Shown: piece by piece, positions 1 through 7,196 of the stretch
Layout: each line of letters starts with the position of its first letter
How positions within the stretch are numbered: position 1 is the first letter of the stretch
IMG/VR virus record: IMGVR_UViG_3300009011_000001
Span: 184,575 to 248,574 of that record
DNA length: 64,000 nt
Strand: one strand, 5' to 3'
Notes under the pieces: model-generated
What the model saw: the letters and a program-made list of their open reading frames with translations, nothing else
What the model was told of the DNA's origin: nothing
Databases searched by the model: none
Position numbers and translations under genes: made by a program

Positions 1-364
1 ATTTGTCATCTTCGGGGATATCGACCATCGACATCGTCTGTCCTTTAAGGTGGTGGGTGCAGTCACCAAGGAAGATGAGGTTTCCATCCCGGATGAAGAA
101 ATGGCAGGTATAAGGCCGGGGTTCGATCTTCCCTCCTGTCATCAGAATGTCGCGTTCTTCATCGGTGATTCTTGCAGTTCCGTTGATTAACAGACTAGGC
201 GAAAACGTAGGTTCTTTGACGCACATGTTCCAGCCCCAAGAGGCCTGCTTGTTATCCGGATGTTCCAGATACACGTTGTGCATCAGTTTGCAGCCAGGGC
301 AATAGAACGACAATGTGTAGCTGTTTATTTGAAGCAAGATAGGCGACAGTTCTTTTATACTCAT
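1..364 (-). CDS. Cys/His metal-binding protein, DUF6527-like (truncated at window edge; not in ORF track)
   Basis: Manual translation from ATG 364: MSIKELSPILLQINSYTLSFYCPGCKLMH...PTFSPSLL...CHFFIRDG..IFLGDCTH. The CPGCxxxH / PTFSPS / CHxFIxDG / DCxH pattern fits this family as recalled. Confidence 0.7.
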   Translation of the reverse strand, partial: MSIKELSPILLQINSYTLSFYCPGCKLMHNVYLEHPDNKQASWGWNMCVKEPTFSPSLLINGTARITDEERDILMTGGKIEPRPYTCHFFIRDGNLIFLGDCTHHLKGQTMSMVDIPEDDK

Positions 365-393
365 GATTGCTATGTCCCAGAGAGGAGATCGTA

Positions 394-822
394 ATGGATA
401 ACAAGGCTGAAGCAAAAAGGCTGATTGAACTTGCACTAAAAGACCCACGGCTTGGACGACCAGCTCTGACGGCAGATATCAACCAACTGGAATGGATCTA
501 CCTCGAAGGCAAACCAGTCGGCTTCTTCACCCCTAAGCTTGAACCAGATGGACGATACAGAACCGGCACCATCTTTATTGAACCATCTCACCGTGGTAAA
601 GGATTAGCTACAGATGTAGTAAAGAAGTATTTTGACGACGGTGATAAACCGGGCCGTGCTTGGATTGAACCCAGTAATCTGGCTAGCCAAACTATCTTCA
701 AACGAGCAGGCTTTTATAAGTCTGGTCGCGTCACTAACTCGAAAGCAACATCACGAATGTTTGAAGAATGGGTGAACAAACCTATCCCTCCTCTTGTGAG
801 TCGACCAGTGTTAGGTTGGTGA
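394..822 (+). CDS. GNAT-family acetyltransferase
   Basis: Motif A IFIEPSHRGKGLA and later SNLASQTIFKRAGF; SD GAGGAG before ATG 394. Confidence 0.85.
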   Translation: MDNKAEAKRLIELALKDPRLGRPALTADINQLEWIYLEGKPVGFFTPKLEPDGRYRTGTIFIEPSHRGKGLATDVVKKYFDDGDKPGRAWIEPSNLASQTIFKRAGFYKSGRVTNSKATSRMFEEWVNKPIPPLVSRPVLGW

Positions 823-844
823 TAAGTTACATTATATGTGTAGA

Positions 845-1070
845 CAGATCACGCCCATCCATCCTGCTCCTGGATGGGCTACTTGTGGTCAGGACATTCC
901 CCCTGACCGATGGTCATTGCCATTCCTGGTCGTGTGGCAGTGACTGCTAAGTATCACTTAGCCTACAGGGCAATCGTCGTGGGAGTGGATTGCTCTGTAG
1001 GGTGTGTGGTGTGTGGCGATGGTGGTGAGCGGAAAGCATAGGGCGGAGCGCAAGCTCCGCCTTTATGCCG
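845..1070 (+). ncRNA. Candidate structured ncRNA 1 (five hairpins, kissing loop, GU tail, terminator)
   Basis: Stems 853-861/871-879, 887-893/902-908, 912-922/935-945, 946-952/956-962, 963-975/988-1000; G-U wobbles favour the + strand; no credible ORF. Confidence 0.65.
1036..1070 (+). terminator. Hairpin-TATGC terminator-like element
   Basis: gcatagggcggagc-gcaa-gctccgcctttatgc. Confidence 0.7.
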
Positions 1071-1091
1071 TTATAGTTCGATTTAAAAAAC

Positions 1092-1108
1092 TCTCAGTAA
1101 TACATACT
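1092..1108 (+). promoter_or_regulatory. Putative early (virion RNAP) promoter
   Basis: CAGTAATACAT variant of the CAGTCACACAT motif at 19031 and 62605. Confidence 0.5.
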
Positions 1109-1130
1109 GGAACTGACTACACACCACCCT

Positions 1131-1144
1131 GTCCTTTGGAGGAC
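1131..1144 (+). promoter_or_regulatory. SD-sequestering hairpin GTCCT-TTGG-AGGAC
   Basis: One of 7 copies; ATG at 1151. Confidence 0.75.
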
Positions 1145-1150
1145 TTAGTA

Positions 1151-1489
1151 ATGCAAAAAGCAGATCTCTTGCTCGTCGTGGTTTATGTTGGCTTTATTCT
1201 CTATCGCCAGCATCGTCAGTTCAGCACCCTGCTGTCGCAATCGGTGGGCGGTTGGGCAGGACTCAAGTTCGCCGCTTCAATGCTTTCGGCGTTGTTCTAC
1301 ACGAGCATGGCTAACAACTCGCACTACAGGAACGGGTTCTTAGCATCGTTTATCACCACGCCGATTGTGCTCTACTCCATCGGGTTCCATTACACCCTTG
1401 GGGCTAACCTCTTTTTCGCTGCTGAGTCGACGGCGTTTTTCGTAGCCGGCTGGCATCTTGTCCGCAAACACCAGATGAACACTTTCTGA
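1151..1489 (+). CDS. Small multi-pass membrane protein
   Basis: GGAGG SD, start MQKADL, about 4 hydrophobic segments. Confidence 0.75.
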   Translation: MQKADLLLVVVYVGFILYRQHRQFSTLLSQSVGGWAGLKFAASMLSALFYTSMANNSHYRNGFLASFITTPIVLYSIGFHYTLGANLFFAAESTAFFVAGWHLVRKHQMNTF

Positions 1490-1499
1490 GGATTTCACT

Positions 1500-1862
1500 A
1501 TGTTAGTTTTCGTTCGTAATCCGTGGGTCCAAGGCATTGCCACCGCATCGGGCATTGCCGCAACGTTGGCTGTGGCTAGCTACTTCATTCTGAAGAGCGA
1601 GAAGAAAATTGCATCTGAGCCATCGCCGGTTTCTGAAGCAGACCGCAAGCAACGCGCTGAACTCGAGGGGAACATCAAACATCTCCTCCACCTCATGTCT
1701 AAGCAACGTGAGAAGCGTCCGATGTTCCTCACCAGTGAGCAGGCTCTCAGGGTCCGCTACCTGACCAACAAGATTTCGTATAGCTACGTCAACATACCGA
1801 TGCTGGAAGAAATCCAGATCGAAATCAAAAACATTTACGACAGTGCTGAAAAACGCACTTAA
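1500..1862 (+). CDS. Hypothetical protein, N-terminal membrane anchor plus helical domain
   Basis: GAGG SD, hydrophobic N-terminus, operon spacing. Confidence 0.75.
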   Translation: MLVFVRNPWVQGIATASGIAATLAVASYFILKSEKKIASEPSPVSEADRKQRAELEGNIKHLLHLMSKQREKRPMFLTSEQALRVRYLTNKISYSYVNIPMLEEIQIEIKNIYDSAEKRT

Positions 1863-1872
1863 AGGAATTGCC

Positions 1873-2205
1873 ATGTCAGTAGAAGCTGCTATCCGCATTG
1901 CGTGTGGTACTGTCTGCGTTGCCGCAGGTCTGTACGGTACTTACAAGTTCTGCAAGTTCTTCAACAGCGTTTCACGCAAACTCCAGATTGTTCAACGGAT
2001 CCAGACCAACGTTGAACAGCTGCACGTCGGCGACGCTGCTCTTGAAGGAGACCAGCTTCGTCAATTCATGATGGAGTTGGAATCGGTAAAGGATGTCCTG
2101 GAGCAGATCCAATTGGACTTCAGTTCCATTACCGAGAACGATCTTCTCAATGCCCTGAACACGTCCACCAAAATGTTCGTAACCTACGGTATCGCTAAGG
2201 AGTGA
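1873..2205 (+). CDS. Hypothetical protein, N-terminal membrane anchor plus helical domain
   Basis: AAGGA SD before MSVEAA; architecture like the upstream gene. Confidence 0.75.
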   Translation: MSVEAAIRIACGTVCVAAGLYGTYKFCKFFNSVSRKLQIVQRIQTNVEQLHVGDAALEGDQLRQFMMELESVKDVLEQIQLDFSSITENDLLNALNTSTKMFVTYGIAKE

Positions 2206-2609
2206 GCATGAGCAGTGTTAATGCAAGCGATCTTGAACAGCTGGCTATCATCGAAGCATTGATTGATAGCCAGGCTTCCCGTAACCAACCCAGCGGTGGA
2301 AACATCACCGCTGCTCGCTTTACTTGGGCCGGCGTCTTCGTAAATCCCTCGAAGAAAGAGTACGCGTTCAAGATCTACACGAAACCTGAAGACGATCCAC
2401 GTCCTGGGTGGTTGTACACGATCAACGAACACCGTCTCTCTGACGGCAAGGTCTTATCGACCGAAGTATCTGTAGGTGGTCTGTTGCCCTTGGTTAAGGA
2501 CAACGAGGTCATCGACATGATAAAAGCATTCAACGTAGACAGAAAAGGGTCGGTGTTGGTATCCGACCTTTGGGATCTGGAAACCGGTAAACACTACCCG
2601 ATGGTTTAG
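2202..2609 (+). CDS. Hypothetical protein
   Basis: Overlaps upstream stop, AAGGAG SD, followed by a hairpin. Confidence 0.75.
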   Translation: MSMSSVNASDLEQLAIIEALIDSQASRNQPSGGNITAARFTWAGVFVNPSKKEYAFKIYTKPEDDPRPGWLYTINEHRLSDGKVLSTEVSVGGLLPLVKDNEVIDMIKAFNVDRKGSVLVSDLWDLETGKHYPMV

Positions 2610-2622
2610 CAGCCATTGGTAA

Positions 2623-2662
2623 CTGCTGTGGGGAAACCCACAGCGGCACTCCTTTTTATTTT
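2623..2662 (+). terminator. Intrinsic terminator
   Basis: ctgctgtggg-gaaa-cccacagcgg followed by a T-rich tract. Confidence 0.65.
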
Positions 2663-2705
2663 CTACAAATACACCCTTTCTTATAAGTTCCTGGAGCGCA
2701 CTTAA

Positions 2706-3470
2706 ATGAAGTACCTTCACCCGGAAGATGCGGAAAGAATCGAGATCCTGAAAAACAAAAGCGATCGGGAGCTGGTTCCTGCAGAGTTGTTGATTAAACG
2801 TGTGATCAATTTCGACCACACTTACGAATACAGTGATGACATCAATGTCTATCACACCTGGTCTGCCAAAGAAAAAGAACTGCGCCAAGACCTGCTGGAA
2901 AGTGACTTGATCAATGCGGAGGTGAAAGCCCTCGCACTCAAGGCACTCAAGAATACAGTCAGTCACGAACCACTGCAGCAGTTGGTCGACCGGTATCCGA
3001 ACATCAAGTACGAGCACTACGGTCCAACTGGCTTCACCAAACTTCTCGAAGAAAAAGGTGATGAATACACCGAGCGCGCAATTGAGACGCTACGAGAACT
3101 TGGAAGTCTGATTGATGAATTACCTCCGGCATTATATCCGGGTTGGTTCATCATGACTCCGGCGACGCCGCACCAGAAGATCATGCGCGACTACGCAAGA
3201 AGTGACACCGGCCGCGATTCGTGGTACGGGTACGCATTACCGAAACCGCTCCACGATCGCATCTGGAACTTCTTCGACAAATGCATGTTCCAGAAAGAAG
3301 GTTGGAAAACCATTGTTGAAACCTACGAGTTGGCGAGAGCCAAATCTGCAGGCGTAAACTATGGTCTCCAGTACAACGTATCTGATGACGCACCGGCTAA
3401 ATACACCGGTACTCCAGCAGCTTGGTTGTACGTCCATGGGCCTGGTAAAGTCTACAGGTTCTACGTCTAA
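2706..3470 (+). CDS. Hypothetical protein
   Basis: 254-aa ORF, GGAG SD, terminator after stop. Confidence 0.8.
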   Translation: MKYLHPEDAERIEILKNKSDRELVPAELLIKRVINFDHTYEYSDDINVYHTWSAKEKELRQDLLESDLINAEVKALALKALKNTVSHEPLQQLVDRYPNIKYEHYGPTGFTKLLEEKGDEYTERAIETLRELGSLIDELPPALYPGWFIMTPATPHQKIMRDYARSDTGRDSWYGYALPKPLHDRIWNFFDKCMFQKEGWKTIVETYELARAKSAGVNYGLQYNVSDDAPAKYTGTPAAWLYVHGPGKVYRFYV

Positions 3471-3474
3471 GCAC

Positions 3475-3517
3475 AGGCCCACGGTTCGCCGTGGGTTTGC
3501 TTACCTTCTTTTTTTTT
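3475..3517 (+). terminator. Intrinsic terminator
   Basis: ggcccacgg-ttcg-ccgtgggtt followed by poly-T. Confidence 0.75.
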
Positions 3518-3544
3518 GTTTGTAGTGGCAAAATAATACTACTA

Positions 3545-3819
3545 TGTAACACGAGCTCTTTCACAAAACTTAAAGCGAGTCATTATAGTAAGTCGTTTAC
3601 GGACGACAGCTCCCTGCTGACAAGCAAACTTACAGACGGAAGTCTGACCTGGGGTTTTGTTCATCGAACATTGCCTGCCTTGTAGATGGCGCGATAGGCG
3701 AAGTAAAGCGCTCAAAGGACTCTTTGTTTTTTATCGGCTTTGAAAACGATGAGCGACATCTATTCGGCTTAACAAAAGAAATGACATAGAGGCAGGGCGC
3801 ACGCCCTGCCTCTATGCTG
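3545..3819 (+). ncRNA. Candidate structured ncRNA 2 (nested multibranch fold)
   Basis: Nested long-range helices 3579-3584/3780-3785, 3655-3661/3771-3777, 3683-3688/3757-3762, 3709-3714/3750-3755; GNRA hairpin cagac-ggaa-gtctg; TATG at 3543; hairpin-TATGC end. Confidence 0.6.
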
Positions 3820-3859
3820 TGTGTATGCATGCACTCCAAATCAAAACAGGTAATAAGAA

Positions 3860-4489
3860 ATGAAACTTTGGGACTGGCTAACAGGCAGAAACACAGCGGC
3901 AGTAATTCCGGCAAGTTCTAAGGTGGAAGAAGTTCCAACCGAGAACTATGTACCTAACCCCATCCGTCTGGTCGTGGTGAGTCTTCCTCCAGACATGTCG
4001 CCTGATCTTGCCAATGCTTTTACGGCAATGGCGGAACAGAGCGTCAGTAAAATCGGCGGCTTCGGCGGCGTATCGTGGGCTGATCCAAAAGGCGTTAAGA
4101 AGGGCGACGTACCGCTCAAGTACAAACGCACTCACCAGCCTTACATCGTCATCCGTGAGATCAAAGGGAAGGTCTACGAGACCACCTTGAACGTCGTGAT
4201 CGATCAGTTCCTGAACAACCGTACTCTGAACGACATTGGCCAATCTGGTATCAATGTGTTTGCCTATGAGTACGATGAAAGCAGTAACGACATCATCGAC
4301 GCGTGGTGGCTGCCATCTGTCTTCTACGGTCGTTCCGAAGTGGACGGTCGTCAGGATGCTCGGTTGATCTACCTCGATATCTTCGGTGAGGTTCGTGAAG
4401 GCGAGGAGTACAAACGCATTGCCCAAGAGGTCCATGCACACCGGCTTATCAAGTCGGATCTTGCCTTGGCCCTTACCGCTACTTTGTAA
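3860..4489 (+). CDS. Hypothetical protein, paralog of 5437..6123; possible diverged tail-tube-like fold
   Basis: YVPNPIRLVVV...AYEYDESSNDIIDAWW shared with the 5437 product. Confidence 0.8.
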   Translation: MKLWDWLTGRNTAAVIPASSKVEEVPTENYVPNPIRLVVVSLPPDMSPDLANAFTAMAEQSVSKIGGFGGVSWADPKGVKKGDVPLKYKRTHQPYIVIREIKGKVYETTLNVVIDQFLNNRTLNDIGQSGINVFAYEYDESSNDIIDAWWLPSVFYGRSEVDGRQDARLIYLDIFGEVREGEEYKRIAQEVHAHRLIKSDLALALTATL

Positions 4490-4513
4490 CATCTTACTTC
4501 TCGTACCTATAAT
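4484..4513 (+). promoter_or_regulatory. Possible sigma70-like promoter for ncRNA 3
   Basis: TTGTAA (4484-4489), 18-nt spacer, TATAAT (4508-4513). Confidence 0.35.
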
Positions 4514-4519
4514 TTGAAA

Positions 4520-4745
4520 AGAAACTTCTCTCCAGGGCAAATGAAGAGAGTCTTCGACCACCTGATCCTGGAAGGTCGAATCGGGCGATGGGTGTGGTCA
4601 ATGCTCGGCGGTGCATTGACTTCACAAAGGACAGTTAGGCGTGTAGAGCTTAGCCGTCAGCCACCTACGGGCATAGGTGGTTGGTGGATGGGCGTTGCAC
4701 TCCTGGGGCGGTACTGGCGCCCGACGGGGCGCCTTTTATGCCGCA
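4520..4745 (+). ncRNA. Candidate structured ncRNA 3
   Basis: Closing helix 4530-4540/4695-4708; hairpins 4553-4559/4574-4580, 4597-4604/4613-4620, 4658-4667/4674-4683; hairpin-TATGC end. Confidence 0.55.
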
Positions 4746-4802
4746 ATAGTATGAAGATCCCATGTTGAGATCTTTGTTCTACCAATCGCCGAGGATATAT
4801 CC

Positions 4803-5327
4803 ATGAAGGTCAATATCACGCTGACGCCACTGGCTAACGTATTGGCGGCTATCAACGCTGCTAACACCGCAACCAGCACCAACATCACCGAGTCGCAAGT
4901 TACTGCGGCTGCTCCAACCACCGCTGCCGGTACCGGCGGTCGTAACACCAGCGTTGTTCTGACCGGTATCGATGGTCAGGGCATCGAAGGTTCCCGTACC
5001 TTCTCGTACACCCGTCAATCTCTGGCTTCTGGTGCCGTGGCCTCCACCGCTCCTGCCAGCGTTCTGGTCGCTGAAGGCGACAATCAGGCTGCTTCGGTAA
5101 CCAAGGTTGCCACCGCTCTGGGCCTGTTGGCTTCGGAATTTGACGCCAGTGCCTACACCGCACCGGTCGACCAAACCACTCCTGGTACCGTGACCATCAC
5201 CGCAAAAACCAGCAGCTTGCTGTACGTCGGCAGCCGCGTTGTTCCTCTGAACTTCGCTGACGAAGACGTAGCCTTCGCTACCGTGGCTCCGGTGACTGAC
5301 GCCGACGGCTTCGACCCTGAAGCCTAA
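4803..5327 (+). CDS. Virion fibre-family structural protein (single-domain type)
   Basis: NT...G...Y-x-R-x-x-L domain, SLLYVG, C-terminal FATVAPVTDADGFDP. Confidence 0.8.
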   Translation: MKVNITLTPLANVLAAINAANTATSTNITESQVTAAAPTTAAGTGGRNTSVVLTGIDGQGIEGSRTFSYTRQSLASGAVASTAPASVLVAEGDNQAASVTKVATALGLLASEFDASAYTAPVDQTTPGTVTITAKTSSLLYVGSRVVPLNFADEDVAFATVAPVTDADGFDPEA

Positions 5328-5436
5328 GTAACAAACATAGGGCGGGGCTTCGGCCTCGCTTTATGCCGCAAGGTAACTAACTACAGAAAGCGGGTATCAG
5401 ATAGTAACCACAAACCCAAAAGCCCCTGGAGTAGTT

Positions 5437-6123
5437 ATGTCTATCAATCAAGAAAAAGCTCGCCCTTACGTTCCTGGTGTTATCGTTGTAAAGATCGTCA
5501 AGGTGCCGGAAATCCTGACAAAAAACGAAGTGCTACACAAAGCTTTCGTCAACCTTTTCGAAAACCAGTCCAGAAACATCGGTAGTTTCAATACTGCTAG
5601 TTATCTGCAACCAGTCGAATTGATGGCGGCGCTGCCAAAGCTCGTTACTGAAGATGGTCAGGAGACCGGGCTGGATATCGAAATCCCCGAATTGAAAAAC
5701 AAAGCGACCAGTCGCTTGCTCAGGGCAATCACCAAACTTTGCTTCGTTGGCCGCACGCCAACCGAAGTGAAACAGGATGGTTTCGATCTCCTCGCATACG
5801 AACTGTCAGAAGATCAAACCACCGTTATCGACGCCTGGAAGTTCACAGGGTTTACCTTCCCGAACGCGCTGCCCCACAGCAGCGATTACGACTCCAACAT
5901 GGCTTTCAACCCTGATGCTCCGGCAAGCATCAAGGTGCCGGTGATTGACAAGGATCTCGATTACAGCACCCTCAACCTGATCGGCAACATGCACAACAAC
6001 GACAATGTCCTGTTCGAAGCCATGAAGCAATTCGTGTTCGAACTCAAAAAGTACGGTAAAGACACCTCTGTCGTCGAAAACGACTTGGCGAACCTTCAGG
6101 GCGCTGGCAAGAAAGATGCGTGA
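5437..6123 (+). CDS. Hypothetical protein, paralog of 3860..4489
   Basis: YVPGVIVVKIV...AYELSEDQTTVIDAWKF; GGAG SD. Confidence 0.8.
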   Translation: MSINQEKARPYVPGVIVVKIVKVPEILTKNEVLHKAFVNLFENQSRNIGSFNTASYLQPVELMAALPKLVTEDGQETGLDIEIPELKNKATSRLLRAITKLCFVGRTPTEVKQDGFDLLAYELSEDQTTVIDAWKFTGFTFPNALPHSSDYDSNMAFNPDAPASIKVPVIDKDLDYSTLNLIGNMHNNDNVLFEAMKQFVFELKKYGKDTSVVENDLANLQGAGKKDA

Positions 6124-6607
6124 GTATCGCGTCAATCTCGTCGGCCTGAACGTCAGCAAGCTTGGCACGCCAATGCAGCCAGACGAACGCTGGGCCTCAG
6201 CAGCAAAAGCAGCGATCGAGTTAGGTAGCGCGATCATCGATCCTGCTGACTACAGCTACATGACGGTTGAAGAAATCGTTGAGTGTTTGATTGACTTCGA
6301 TTGGCAAAGAAAAGTCGGTATTGCGTATAAAGACAATATCGAAACCGCTCAGAAGTTGTTCGAACTCCTGAAGAAAGTAGATGGTGACGTAGAGCTCACC
6401 GTCCTCTTTACACCGACCGAAGGCATTTCCGAAGCCCACATCGCTGGCGTACTTAACGTCTGCCGTATTGATAGCTTCTCGGTTGAAAAACTGCTGGGTG
6501 AAGAAACAGGTATTCTGTACCTCAGTTTTGATTACGCCTCAGCAGGTGCGGCTGCGCAGTTGTTTGCAGCAGAAGTTGAAGAAGTTCTCAACACAGTCGT
6601 GCAATAA
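6116..6607 (+). CDS. Hypothetical protein
   Basis: Overlaps upstream stop; ends at a bidirectional hairpin. Confidence 0.75.
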   Translation: MREYRVNLVGLNVSKLGTPMQPDERWASAAKAAIELGSAIIDPADYSYMTVEEIVECLIDFDWQRKVGIAYKDNIETAQKLFELLKKVDGDVELTVLFTPTEGISEAHIAGVLNVCRIDSFSVEKLLGEETGILYLSFDYASAGAAAQLFAAEVEEVLNTVVQ

Positions 6608-6608
6608 G

Positions 6609-6647
6609 CAGCATACACCCCGGCCATTGCGGCCGGGGTGTATGCTG
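6609..6647. terminator. Bidirectional hairpin-TATGC element between convergent genes
   Basis: cagcatacaccccggcc-attgc-ggccggggtgtatgctg. Confidence 0.8.
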
Positions 6648-7193
6648 TCATGCTGGATCGAAACCAAGAGCATCGGTAACCGGAGCCACCGTTGCAAATG
6701 GAATTGGGGCATTGATGATGACCTGAGTCCCGTTCACGTAATAGAACGAGGTAGGTTTGATCTTCAATGTAATCTGCCCACCCGGCGCAGCTATGGTACT
6801 GTTGATGACATCTCGTTGCTCAAGAGCCAAACCGAACTTCGTGTTGATCGCCGACAAGGCTGAGAACACATCCGCATAATTCCCCGAAAGAGTCATGTCC
6901 TTCCCTTGGAACGGAACGGCAATATCTACTCGGTTATAGCGGAAGGTATACGTTCCCTTATAGCCCTTGCCGGCAACCGCGGTCATGAGCACAGTAGTGT
7001 TGAACAGCGTATCGCCAGAACTAACGGTGAGACCGCTGAACGTCACTTGGTTGGCCTGAATCGAAGTCCCTTGCTCTTTGTTAACTGCAGCAAGAATACC
7101 GACTGACCCAGCAACCGAGAACGGCGGCAGGTTGCTCAGGCCGTACATGGCCCACACATCCGCAGAACGGATTACAAACTTTGGGTTCGCCAT
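6648..7193 (-). CDS. Virion fibre-family structural protein (single-domain type)
   Basis: GYKGTYTFRYNRVDI; C-terminal FATVAPVTDALGFDPA. Confidence 0.8.
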   Translation of the reverse strand: MANPKFVIRSADVWAMYGLSNLPPFSVAGSVGILAAVNKEQGTSIQANQVTFSGLTVSSGDTLFNTTVLMTAVAGKGYKGTYTFRYNRVDIAVPFQGKDMTLSGNYADVFSALSAINTKFGLALEQRDVINSTIAAPGGQITLKIKPTSFYYVNGTQVIINAPIPFATVAPVTDALGFDPA

Positions 7194-7196
7194 GAC

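Noticed and set aside
112-135. GGGTTCGAT resembling a tRNA T-loop
   Set aside because: No cloverleaf; it lies inside the minus-strand CDS. No tRNA or rRNA genes were seen in the window.
853-945. Minus-strand reading of ncRNA 1 as an RsmY/RsmZ-like GGA-loop sponge
   Set aside because: GGA loops do appear on the minus strand, but G-U wobbles, the promoter and the terminator all favour + strand transcription. Kept only as an alternative.
4533-4562. GGGCAAA-stem-GAC resembling a c-di-GMP-I riboswitch
   Set aside because: Lacks the GNRA loop and the conserved GCAAA/receptor stem.
4514-4768. 84-aa ORF over ncRNA 3 (also 768..950 and 3491..3685)
   Set aside because: No SD, atypical composition, and the ORFs overlap terminators or dense hairpins.
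5270-6700. Invertible segment bounded by similar fibre-gene ends
   Set aside because: Similarity is at protein level with many synonymous differences; no recombinase is nearby.
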